Assembly (NCBI GenBank): GCA_965200245.1
Contig: CBDATS010000015.1
Coordinates: 288,001 to 352,000 of the forward strand
Length of the DNA stretch: 64,000 nt
Origin: a bacterium
GTDB lineage: Bacteria > UBA8248
Direction: 5' to 3'
Shown: positions 20,154-29,276 of the stretch, one piece after another
How the letters are laid out: each line of letters starts with the position of its first letter
Position numbering within the stretch: the first letter of the stretch is position 1
Notes under the pieces: model-generated
Database searches by the model: none
What the model saw: only the letters and a program-made list of their open reading frames with translations
Told to the model about the DNA's origin: nothing
Position numbers and translations under genes: made by a program

Positions 20154-20870
20154 CTATTCGTGATAAATCGCCACGGCCCGCACGGGAGAGCCCGTTCCCC
20201 CACGTATCTTGAGCGGCAGGCACGAGAAAATGAACCTGGTGTTCACCACCTCTTTCAGGTTTCCCAGGTTCTCTACGTTCAGCACCTTGCGTTCCCGACA
20301 AACCTTGTGCGCCCAATAGCCCTTGTCCCGGAAGGCCTGGGAGGAATCAACGCTGGGTGAATCAATGCCGACGTTGATGCAGCCCCTGTCCGCGAGCCAA
20401 TTCATCGCCGCCTCACTCAATCCCGGATACGTGTGCAGCCAATTATGGAAATCCCCTCCACAGTTTGCCTCATAGTGGCCTGTCCAGATGAGCACGCTGC
20501 CCTTGTCAGGCACCTCAAGGCCCGCCTTTGCGCACGCTTCTTCCAAATCCGCCGGCTGCATCCAGTCTTCGGTGTTGCAGAATCTAGAGAGATCGAGGCA
20601 AATCGCCTCGTTGTAGAACCACTCAAGGCCGAGTTGATCGATCGTCTCCCCGTTCTTGTCGATATGGAAAAAGGCGTCCACGTGAGAAGGACCGTGGTCG
20701 CTCATCACGAGGCAGTTTGTCGTCGAGGTATGACCAGAGGGCGAATTGGCATAGGCCCTGGCTGTCTCGGCGTGCGTCTTGTTCGGAAAGATACCCGTCC
20801 GCTGGTGGCCAGGATATACGGGCATGCCGTCAAAAATCTCCTACGATAAATCCACAATGCGAAATTCCAT
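20154..20870 (-). pseudogene. Cyclase/kynurenine formamidase family gene with an in-frame TAG at codon 10
   Basis: GGAG RBS then MEFRIVDLS*EIFDGMPVYPGH; HGPSHVDAFFH, GIDSPSVD, VENL and GGTGSPVRAVA motifs; TAG at 20841-20843. Confidence 0.75.
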
Positions 20871-21107
20871 TTCTTTGTTCTCCGTTTAATGGGTCGGGTG
20901 ACAAGATAAAAGGTGCGTGCGTGATTCTACCCAAGAGCATTCGAGAAAAACATATCCAATCGAAATTCACCCTTGGCAACCATCGATAGCCATCGAAATG
21001 TTGCGTAGCCTCCGTGCCTGTCCGCTGTTTTCGGGATTGCCATACCGGCGTCAATCCCGGTTAAGCCACCGTCAGCCCAGTGGATGCCGGAATGAAGAGC
21101 AAAAAGA

Positions 21108-21890
21108 TTATTCCTGAGGGTTCTCCCCCCCTTCCCACATTCTCCACTTCAAGATGATCGTCCCGAAAACGATGATGAGCACCACGCTTGCGATATATGC
21201 GGCGCGCACCGGACCAAACCACAGGCTGTCGGCGCGGAAGCCGCTCACCGCGGCGCGTCCCAGGGAATAGAGAACGAAGTAGAGACAGAAGATGAAACCC
21301 GGCTTGTGGTTCGTGAACCTGAGGCGCCTCAGGATGAAGAACCAGACGAGGTTCAGGAGAAGCTCATATATCATCACAGGGTGAGTCGCCTGGCCGGGAA
21401 ACTCCCTGCCCGCGATGGAAGTTATCGGAAACTCGACGCCCCAAGGCATTGTTGTCGGCACGCCGTGCGCATCGCCGTTCATGAAGTTGCCGAACCGCCC
21501 GAATACCTGGCCGAGCATGATGGAGGGTGCAACCACATCGGCGAAATCCCAAGTGGAGACGGCATGGTTTCTGAGGTACAGGTAGCCAGCCAATACGCCC
21601 CCGACAAGGCCACCGTGTATGGCGAGCCCCCCGCGCCAGATGGCGAAAACTTCCCATAAGGCGTCCCGGTAGAATTCCCAGTTGAACAGGACGTAATAGA
21701 TTCTCCCGCCGAGGATGCCGGCAAACATAACGAGGAGGCCGAAGTTCATCACTCCATCGGGCGTAATGGGCATTCCCTTGCGCTCGACCTCTCTCCTCAT
21801 CAGCCATACACCACCCAGCACGGCGGCGACGTACATGAGGCCATACCAGCGCAATGCGAAAGGTCCGATTTCGAATATAACGGGGCTCAA
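21108..21890 (-). CDS. lgt: Prolipoprotein diacylglyceryl transferase
   Basis: RWYGLMY, GGRIYYV, GGLAIHGG, GRFGNFMN and HP..IYE motifs. Confidence 0.95.
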   Translation of the reverse strand: MSPVIFEIGPFALRWYGLMYVAAVLGGVWLMRREVERKGMPITPDGVMNFGLLVMFAGILGGRIYYVLFNWEFYRDALWEVFAIWRGGLAIHGGLVGGVLAGYLYLRNHAVSTWDFADVVAPSIMLGQVFGRFGNFMNGDAHGVPTTMPWGVEFPITSIAGREFPGQATHPVMIYELLLNLVWFFILRRLRFTNHKPGFIFCLYFVLYSLGRAAVSGFRADSLWFGPVRAAYIASVVLIIVFGTIILKWRMWEGGENPQE

Positions 21891-21971
21891 GGTTCTGTTT
21901 CCTCAGTGGGCGGCGACGCGCCAGCGATTCTCAACGGAGCGAACGGGGTCGTCCTCTTCTCGACAGTGCGG

Positions 21972-23057
21972 TTATTTTTCGTGACGGTATATCTGGCTAT
22001 CGGGAAAATAATCCTTCCAGCCGAACCAGAACGCGAGCGTCGTGGCAAGCTGATTCAGCCTGGCTCCTTTAAGTGGCCCTTCCACGGCGAGTCCCGTCAA
22101 ACGCTGCCAGCGCGACCCCGTCTTCCTGTCCTTCATGAACCGGCAGGCGGCGGCGCCCCTGGCGCTTTTGTTCATGAGAAGTTCAAATTCCAGCGTCTCT
22201 CCCTTGAGGACGCGGTCGAAAACGACGCCCGTACCCGCCCCTTCACAATAGGTGACTACAACGTCACGGCCTGCGAAGCGGTCGTTCACGACGCCCGCGT
22301 GATTCAAGTCGGCGAAGGGGTAAACCTTGGCGATTTGCTTGCCTTTTTCTTTCAGTGAATCGAGCGTAAGGGCCACGACCAGGGTTTTCGGGTGCATGCG
22401 GTTGTCGCGGTATTTTTCGGGAATCACACCCGTTTGCGAACTGTAGTAATAGCCTTCATACGGGTCCCGTGAAAGGTTGCCGAACATGCTCCCCCTTGCG
22501 CGTCCCGTATTTTTCTTCAGCACAAGCGTGTCGGGATAGAGTTGCTTCCATTCGGAATAACGCATCATGGCAGCGGGGTACGTATTCAAGCGCTTGCCTT
22601 TCAAGGGACCGATGACGGCCTCGCCCGTCAGATGGCTCCATAGCGAATCCGTCTGGCGATCATACATGATGAGCACGTTCTTCCAGAGCTTCCCCGAAAC
22701 GCCGAAGCTGAATTCCTTGCCGTCCAGATTACGGTCATACACGATGGCCGTATAGCAGAGCGGTCACCAAGTAACGGAGACGGCGCTCCCTCCCACCACA
22801 TCGTTTACGATTTCGTGAGAACTCAGGAGGGGGACAGAATAGGCCCGCCTGTCTCCGTTGATATTGATGCCGATAACCATCTCATCGGGCTGCATGAAGG
22901 CGTCCGCATCCCTTGCGCTCGCGAATTCCGGATCGTCGATAGCGGGGATGCCGTCTTTTGGCAACAGGCTGCGAATCTCTGTTTCAGGGCTCGCGCCTGC
23001 AAGAACCGGCAAGGCGAGAACAACCAGCGCAAAAAGAACATTTCTCATCTGCTGCAT
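21972..23057 (-). CDS. DUF3179-family secreted (seleno)protein, TGA read as Sec at 22764-22766
   Basis: Two listed ORFs are in the same frame, joined by TGA: VSVTW-U-PLCYTAIVYDR; KDGIPAID, HEIVND, FGVSGKL, MYDRQTDSLW and FWFGW motifs; AAGGAG RBS and signal peptide. Confidence 0.88.
22729..22763 (-). promoter_or_regulatory. Putative bacterial SECIS hairpin
   Basis: mRNA after UGA: CCGCUCUGC-UAUACG-GCCAU-CGUGUA, a 6-bp stem with a G-initiated loop about 16 nt after UGA; an alternative UACGG..CCGUA stem is also possible. Confidence 0.55.
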
Positions 23058-23088
23058 GAGTGCGCTCTCCTTCAAGCGGATACAATCG

Positions 23089-24510
23089 TCAACTCCCGAA
23101 TCCGTGCAACACCACAAAAACCGTTCGCTCTCCGCGGCTCGTCCCGTGCACGATTCGGCCCAGAACGTCCGTACCGGAGGGAATTTCCCCCAGCAGTGCC
23201 TCGACATCTTCGATTTTTTCGATGGCGACGCGTATGGGCGTTTTCTCGCCTCCGGGCTTGCGATAGGTCAATTCCCTGATCACCATGCCTTCCCGCAGGC
23301 CGTCATAAAATGCCCTGCTTCCTTCCTTCACGTCCCTGATGTACGCGCCGCCATCCGTCGTCAGGTTGCTTTTTTCTCTTAATTCATCCGTCAGGGTTTC
23401 GAGCGACACGCCATAGCTCTTCGCCTCGGAGGGTTCCCGGGCATTATCTTCGCGCATTTTGAATGCCACGGCTTCCTGCCCTGGCAGGCGGACCAGCTTG
23501 ATCTTGAATTTTCGTAAAGTGGCGTCACGCATCACTTCTACCGCCGCGTCTTCTCCGGGTGGTGTCCAGCCCACGAGACGCTGCAGGTGGGGCGGATCCA
23601 CGATGTTCGCACCGTTCACGCGAACGATGACGTCTCCCGTGCGGATGCCCGATCCCTCCGCTGGTCCGTCCTTGAGAAGTGAACCCACGAGTGCGCCCTT
23701 CGCCTCCGGGAGTCCCAGCAGGCGAACCATGTCCCGGGTCACCGGTTGTATGGTCACGCCCAGGTAACCACGCGGAAAGTTTCCGCTTCGTTTCAGATAC
23801 TTGATGACATCTTTCGCCATGTTGACGGGAATGGCGAAACCGATGCCGCTGCCCGGGGCCGGGATCGCTGTGTTGATGCCAATCACTTGCCCGTCGATGT
23901 TCAGCAAGGGGCCCCCGCTGTTGCCTCGGTTGATGGCCGCGTCCGTCTGGATGAAATACTCATAGCGAGCGACGCCTACACCACTGCGCCCGATTCCGCT
24001 CACGACGCCCACTGTAAACGTCCTCGTGATACCGAACGGATCGCCTACCGCTATCGACCATTGTCCCACCTTCACCTTGTCGGAATCGCCGAGCGTCGCC
24101 GCGGGCAACGGGCGTTTCGCATTGATTTTGACGAGTGCCAAGTCTGTATACGGGTCCGCGCCGACGATTTTTCCCCAGTACGCCGAATCGTCCGAGAGAC
24201 GCACGCGCAGCCTTCTCGTATTGCTGACCACATGATTGTTCGTAAGAATGTAGCCTGCCGGATCAATGATCACGCCCGAACCCGAGGAGAACAGCGGTAT
24301 GTTCGGATGGGGCGACTGGGGATTCTTCTGTGGGCTTCCCGCTTTCCTTACTGCCCGGATGCTAACCACCGTCGGCTTTACGCCTTCCGCTATCGTGGTG
24401 AACGTCTTTTCGATTTTTTTCATGAAACCGACGTCCGGGATTATCTGTGCGTACGCGGCGGATGTCATCAGCAGCGTCAGGAGCATTGGCATGACGAGGC
24501 GGTAAATCAT
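23089..24510 (-). CDS. degP: HtrA/DegP-family serine protease with two PDZ domains
   Basis: GSGVII, TNNHVV, DLAL and QTDAAINRGNSGGPL motifs; signal peptide. Confidence 0.92.
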   Translation of the reverse strand: MIYRLVMPMLLTLLMTSAAYAQIIPDVGFMKKIEKTFTTIAEGVKPTVVSIRAVRKAGSPQKNPQSPHPNIPLFSSGSGVIIDPAGYILTNNHVVSNTRRLRVRLSDDSAYWGKIVGADPYTDLALVKINAKRPLPAATLGDSDKVKVGQWSIAVGDPFGITRTFTVGVVSGIGRSGVGVARYEYFIQTDAAINRGNSGGPLLNIDGQVIGINTAIPAPGSGIGFAIPVNMAKDVIKYLKRSGNFPRGYLGVTIQPVTRDMVRLLGLPEAKGALVGSLLKDGPAEGSGIRTGDVIVRVNGANIVDPPHLQRLVGWTPPGEDAAVEVMRDATLRKFKIKLVRLPGQEAVAFKMREDNAREPSEAKSYGVSLETLTDELREKSNLTTDGGAYIRDVKEGSRAFYDGLREGMVIRELTYRKPGGEKTPIRVAIEKIEDVEALLGEIPSGTDVLGRIVHGTSRGERTVFVVLHGFGS

Positions 24511-24706
24511 GGAATCCTCATATTGTCGTTTTGAAGACGGCCCGTTTTTGCCGGGCGATTATACAGCGAAGTCAGGCAGTTGAAACCGCATACCGGAAAA
24601 AATCCCCTCCCCGTGCGTCAAAGCAACAAGACGCGTGCAGGTTCGTTCAACCGGTCGGTTTCGCGCGCTCTCCTTTCCCGAGACGCCTGCGACCACAGGA
24701 TGTGGT

Positions 24707-25165
24707 TCACTTCACTTCGAGTATCACCTCGAGTTCCACAGGTGCTCCCATGGGAAGTTCCGCCACGCCCACCGCCACTCTGGCGTGTCTGCCCGCCTCA
24801 CCGAAAATCTCGACGGCCAGGTCCGATGCCCCGTTCACGACGAGTGGTTGTGCGGTGAAATCCTCCGAAGAGGTCACATAACCGCTCATGCGGACGATTC
24901 TCTCCACGCGTTCCAGATCGCCCAGAGCCGCTTTCGCTTGCGCCACGGCGTTCAGAAAACAAAGCGCTGCACATTCCCGACCCTGTTCGATGGAGACTTC
25001 GCCCGGCACTTTCCCTTCATAAATCATCGCCCCGTCCTTGATGGGGATCTGGCCCGAGATGAACATCAACGAGCCCGAGATGACGTATGGAACATACGCC
25101 CCGACAGGGGCGGGCGCAGGTGGCAGTTCGATTCCCAGTTCACTGATTCGACCATCGACACTCAT
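24707..25165 (-). CDS. RidA/YjgF-family protein
   Basis: PAPVGAYVP, ISGQIP, VNGASDL and HARVAVGVAELP motifs. Confidence 0.9.
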   Translation of the reverse strand: MSVDGRISELGIELPPAPAPVGAYVPYVISGSLMFISGQIPIKDGAMIYEGKVPGEVSIEQGRECAALCFLNAVAQAKAALGDLERVERIVRMSGYVTSSEDFTAQPLVVNGASDLAVEIFGEAGRHARVAVGVAELPMGAPVELEVILEVK

Positions 25166-25785
25166 TTTGGCTCCCCACTCATGAAGACAGATTTGATAGT
25201 TTCGAATTCCTCCGGCGTGTTTGCGTTCAGAAAAGACGTCCCTCCGGGGTCCCACGCTCTCCAGGCCCCCTCCTCGACTCGCCTCACGCGCACGCGGTCG
25301 TGAAAACCTATCATCTTCAGGTTACCTCTTGAAATGGATTCTTCGATATAGGGCACGCAATTTTTTCCATAAAAGGCGCACAGGGGCTCGGGGTAAGCGT
25401 CCTTGACTGGGACCGCAACGTCCCAGCCTTCCGCAAGGGAGGCGAGGCCGCAGATGAGCGCGGGCCGAAGCAGCGGCATGTCGCACCCCGCCACGAAAAC
25501 GAGCGAGCACTCCGCCTTCGCCACGGCAGTGTGGAGACCACCCAGTGAGTCGTTACCGGGGTGAATATCCCCTACGACGGCGAGGCCCATCTGCTCGAAT
25601 CGTTCCCGCTCATTTGCCACTACGAACACTTGCGCGAAGATCTCCTCAAAAATATCCGCGATGCGTCGGATGATGGGAACCCCGCCCATCTCCAGCATGG
25701 ATTTGTCGCTCCCCATGCGGCGGCTCCTGCCCCCTGCCAGGATGGCAGCGGAATACGGCAATTTGCGCACCTGTTCAGTGCTCAT
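25162..25785 (-). CDS. mobA: Molybdenum cofactor guanylyltransferase
   Basis: ILAGGRSRRMGSDK, CDMP, EPLCAFY and NANTPEE motifs; start approximate. Confidence 0.92.
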   Translation of the reverse strand: MSTEQVRKLPYSAAILAGGRSRRMGSDKSMLEMGGVPIIRRIADIFEEIFAQVFVVANERERFEQMGLAVVGDIHPGNDSLGGLHTAVAKAECSLVFVAGCDMPLLRPALICGLASLAEGWDVAVPVKDAYPEPLCAFYGKNCVPYIEESISRGNLKMIGFHDRVRVRRVEEGAWRAWDPGGTSFLNANTPEEFETIKSVFMSGEPK

Positions 25786-25828
25786 GCGCAACGCTCCGGC
25801 AGAATTCGGTATGCTATGGGCGATTTGC

Positions 25829-27097
25829 TCAGGAGTGCACGCCTTCGAGGGCGGCCGCTTCGGAATGTTCGGGTTTTTCGGCGGGCATCTCTCCCAGGAG
25901 GATGACCTGTGCACGGCTTCCGGCGGCGAGTTCTGTTTCGTATTCCGGAAATACAACCAAGGCGTTCGCCCGCACCATGGAGTGCAGGATGTTCGATCCC
26001 TGGGCCTCAATCGCCCGGACGGCCCACCCCTCCCCGTCGCGGTAGGCGATGGAGCGAACGTAGTGGCGGCGCTCGGGCGATTTCCTGAGCGGGTGCAAAA
26101 GGCGCGCCTCAATACTCGGGCGGAAGAGATTCCCGTGGCCCTGCATCTTGAGCAGTGACGGCCGCACGAACAATTCGAAACTCACCATCGTGGAAACGGG
26201 GTTTCCCGGCAGGCCGAACACGGGCTTTCCGTTCAGCACGCCGAATGCCATCGGCTTGCCCGGCTTCATGCGAACGCGCCAGAAACGCATGTCGTTTCCC
26301 AGGCCGCTGAGCGTGGACTTCACGAGATCGAAATCGCCGACGGAGACGCCTCCACTCGTGATGAGCAGATCAGCGGCCAGCCCGTCATGAATGTGACGGC
26401 TCAAACTCTCCGCGTCGTCGCGGGCGATACCCAGAAGAATCGGCTCACCACCGGCTTCCATCGTCTGTGCCGCCAGGGCGTAGGAATTCGAGTTGAATAT
26501 CTGCCCGACACCGGGAGAGTCGCCCAGGTCGACCAGTTCCTCTCCTGTCGCCAGAATGGCCACCCTGGGTTTCTGGTACACGCTCACCCACGCCCGGCCG
26601 ATGTTTGCCAGCATCCCAGCGGAAGCCGCGCCTAGCAGTGTTCCGCGCGAGAGAACCGTCTCGCCCGGCTTCACGTCCTCCCCGGCGAGCCGGACGGACT
26701 CTCCCTCGCACGCAGCGAGGAATATCTGCACTTCATCGTCTGAAATTCTCTCGGTTTCTTCCACCAGCACGACAGCATTTGCGCCTTCGGGGATGGGTGC
26801 GCCGGTCATGATCTTGATGGCCTCGCCCGGGCCGAGCGCGCGGCTCGCCACGACGCCGGCCTGAATCTCTTCGATTACCCGCAATTTCCTGGGCGTCTCC
26901 CGGCTTGCGCCACGAACGTCTTCTGCGCGCAGGGCGTAGCCGTCCATTGCCGAATTGTTCCATGGCGGAACCGGTCGCGGAGACTGGACATCCTCGGCGA
27001 GCACCCTGCCCGGAGAATCGAGCAGGCCCACCCGCTCACGCCCCATCGGGCGTATCATCTCCAATATTGAGTTCTGGGCTTCTTCCACGCTGATCAT
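25829..27097 (-). CDS. moeA: Molybdopterin molybdotransferase
   Basis: SAMDGYA, IMTGAPIP, TSGGVSVGDFD, KPGKP and LPGNPVS motifs. Confidence 0.95.
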   Translation of the reverse strand: MISVEEAQNSILEMIRPMGRERVGLLDSPGRVLAEDVQSPRPVPPWNNSAMDGYALRAEDVRGASRETPRKLRVIEEIQAGVVASRALGPGEAIKIMTGAPIPEGANAVVLVEETERISDDEVQIFLAACEGESVRLAGEDVKPGETVLSRGTLLGAASAGMLANIGRAWVSVYQKPRVAILATGEELVDLGDSPGVGQIFNSNSYALAAQTMEAGGEPILLGIARDDAESLSRHIHDGLAADLLITSGGVSVGDFDLVKSTLSGLGNDMRFWRVRMKPGKPMAFGVLNGKPVFGLPGNPVSTMVSFELFVRPSLLKMQGHGNLFRPSIEARLLHPLRKSPERRHYVRSIAYRDGEGWAVRAIEAQGSNILHSMVRANALVVFPEYETELAAGSRAQVILLGEMPAEKPEHSEAAALEGVHS

Positions 27098-27245
27098 CAA
27101 TAACTCCTGATACCCCGAAACAGACATTTCTCATCCTCGCCGCCATTATATTATAGCCGACACCCGTGAGGGTACAAGCCGAGAGCCGCTCAAACAGGTA
27201 CGAGCGTATTTGCGAATTGCGGACGTTTCCGTAAGATGAGATCCT

Positions 27246-27689
27246 ATGCCAAAGGACCAGTACAGCTACAAGAGTGAAATACGTGTGCGTTTCGGGGAAA
27301 CTGATCTCCAGGGCGTGGTGTTCAACGCCAACTATCTCCTCTATGTCGACACCGCGCAGATGGATTATCTGCGAGACATCGGTGTCCCATACTTTGACAT
27401 GCTGGATAGGGGCTACGACATCGTCATCGTCGACGCCTCTGTCCAGTTTCTGGCGCCCGCCCATTTCGATGAGGTTCTTGAGGTATACGCGCGTATTTAC
27501 GAAATCGGAAACTCAAGCATCAAGATGGACTATGAAATCTACGAGACCGAAACGGAACGCTTCGTCGCCAAGGTGCAGGCGGCCTACGTCATCGTGGACA
27601 AAGACTCGAAAACGTCTGTCCGCGTACCTTCCTACATCCGCCGCGCCGCCCGGTCGTTCGAATCGAGAGAAGATATCGAGGAATTCTAG
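27246..27689 (+). CDS. Acyl-CoA thioesterase, YbgC/FadM (4HBT) family
   Basis: VRFGETDLQGVVFNANYL motif. Confidence 0.9.
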   Translation: MPKDQYSYKSEIRVRFGETDLQGVVFNANYLLYVDTAQMDYLRDIGVPYFDMLDRGYDIVIVDASVQFLAPAHFDEVLEVYARIYEIGNSSIKMDYEIYETETERFVAKVQAAYVIVDKDSKTSVRVPSYIRRAARSFESREDIEEF

Positions 27690-28188
27690 CGGGCCATTGT
27701 TTCGGGTGAATCATATGTTTATCTGACAAAACGGTTGGCAGTATATTGTCAATAACATATTGTAAATGTACCACTTATGCTTGATGGACAAACCTTGAAA
27801 AAACATGATGAATCATCTCTGATGAGCCAATTGAATTGACGGAAGGACCTGGTCTTGTCATCAGCGCAATCCAGGCGTTTCAAATCTTCCACGACAACCA
27901 AATCACGGACAGAAATTTCAGGATCCGGGCGAAAGATTCAGAATGCAGGCATGAAGAAACCACGGCTGGGATCAGGGAATTAGTCAAAAAAAGGGGAATT
28001 ATCTACTTAATCCGCAGGTCTGAGTATCCTGATTTTGCGTTTTCCGGGTGTATTGTTTTGCGTCACAGGCGGAATTACTGTCAGAACCAGTATATGCGCC
28101 GCCTTCTTCCATTCAGCCCATACACCGGAACTGACAGTAACCCGAAAGTGGGCAGTTTCGCATATAAATTCCCTTATTGATATCAACC

Positions 28189-28353
28189 GTGATCGTCAGG
28201 GGACGCAGCCGCGATACGGCCTGGTTTTCCCTCACCCGGGAGGAATGATCTGCTGTCCGCCAGGCACACGACCACTGGCTCGCGCCGGACAGTTTCGACG
28301 CCACGGGCCGCCAGAAACGCCCGCCAGGCACCCTCACCCGCGCGTTTTGGTAA
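28189..28353 (+). pseudogene. Decayed 3' fragment of a GNAT acetyltransferase, paralog of 52180-52911
   Basis: Aligns to 52747-52911 (IVRGRSRDTAWFSLT...HDHWLAPDSFDATGRQK) with a 1-nt deletion and TGG>TGA. Confidence 0.85.
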
Positions 28354-28365
28354 AAGGCCTGTTTC

Positions 28366-28392
28366 CCCTGGACGATCAGTTGCCGTCCGGGG
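28366..28392. terminator. GC-rich hairpin between convergent GNAT and NHLP genes (copy 1)
   Basis: CCCTGGACG-ATCAGTTGC-CGTCCGGGG. Confidence 0.55.
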
Positions 28393-28409
28393 CAGGAAAT
28401 CGTGACACC

Positions 28410-28469
28410 CCAATCTCCCTGATACCTGCGAGCATCGTCCCAATAATCGCCGTCACTGGCGTCTTTCAA
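28410..28469 (-). pseudogene. Leaderless remnant of a second NHLP precursor (LKDASDG-DYWDDARRYQGD)
   Basis: 60 nt collinear with 52974-53033 (LKDASGG-SYWDDVDTIHMG*), stop TAG replaced by TGG. Confidence 0.8.
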
Positions 28470-28483
28470 CTTGTGTCTCCAGG

Positions 28484-28750
28484 TCATTCTGGCCAACCAT
28501 CATTGTACCATGGAGCCCCGCCGCTGACGCTCTCGAGGTCGCTGTCGGGGATCAGCGACGAGGGCGGGATCACCAGATGCGCATGATCCGCACTGTCCTC
28601 GAGCACCGAAACCGAAAAACCGGCCGGCAGGGCGACATCGAACTCGCTTTCGATCGTGCCGCGCGGGTCGTCGAGCAGTTTCTGCCGGAACGCCTCGTCC
28701 GTGCCTGCCTTCTCACTCAGCTGCTGCCGCATCTCGGCCGCTGTCTTCAT
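28484..28750 (-). CDS. NHLP (nitrile-hydratase-like leader) RiPP precursor, core APWYNDGWPE
   Basis: KA.TDEAFRQKLLDDPR, V.VLED....HLVIPP and L.DSDLESVSGG double-Gly cleavage motif; AAAGGAG RBS. Confidence 0.92.
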   Translation of the reverse strand: MKTAAEMRQQLSEKAGTDEAFRQKLLDDPRGTIESEFDVALPAGFSVSVLEDSADHAHLVIPPSSLIPDSDLESVSGGAPWYNDGWPE

Positions 28751-28821
28751 GTTCCTGTCTCCTTTCCCGAGAAAATGTGGGGAGGATACCCCAATGCTTC
28801 CGTTTTTTTTGCATCATGAAC

Positions 28822-28890
28822 AGGATATGGGATATTCCGATGGGAACGCAAGAATTTTTGGGGTTTTTCCGGTGAGGAACAGGCTTCCTC
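28822..28890 (-). promoter_or_regulatory. Putative promoter and upstream palindrome of NHLP copy 1
   Basis: TTGCGT-N18-TATCCT on the minus strand; GAGGAA-N5-TTCCTC at 28874-28890, also present at 53374-53390. Confidence 0.5.
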
Positions 28891-29276
28891 CCGGAACCCC
28901 GTCCGTGTGTCCCCGCTCTCCCGGGAAACCGGCGGCCGTAGAGTCCGTCTTTCCAAAATTCAGGTATTCAGACTTGTGGATTCAAGTATGTAGTTCCCCC
29001 CAAACGAGGACAAATAACACCCGTTTTTTTGTCAAATACGGCGCGAATAATGCAATTAACGCCATTTTAAACTCTATTTGAAAAAATCGTGCCGTTGAGA
29101 AGCACTAATCTTCATGCTAGCATGAAGATTAGTAAAAACATTTCAGAAAGATTGCTTTTTTGACACTTTTCACCCTGTAACGAGCGTGGTGGATTTTGCG
29201 GGTTTTTCGTCTATTGTTGTTCGAAGCTTTTCGCTGTAACGGGCACATCATTCTGCAACACGATAAAGGAGGGAAT

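Larger units (their letters stand above)
28189..28936. repeat. Dispersed duplicated module, copy 1 (GNAT end - hairpin - NHLP precursor - upstream element)
   Basis: Collinear nucleotide similarity to 52747-53436 in both flanks. Confidence 0.9.

Noticed and set aside
27700-28188. AT-rich gap beside NHLP cassette 1
   Set aside because: The ORFs lack an RBS or motifs, and no terminal repeats or target-site duplication were found by eye.
28113-28496. 127-aa ORF downstream of precursor 1 as a real gene
   Set aside because: It arises from loss of the remnant core's stop codon and reads antisense through the hairpin and GNAT fragment.
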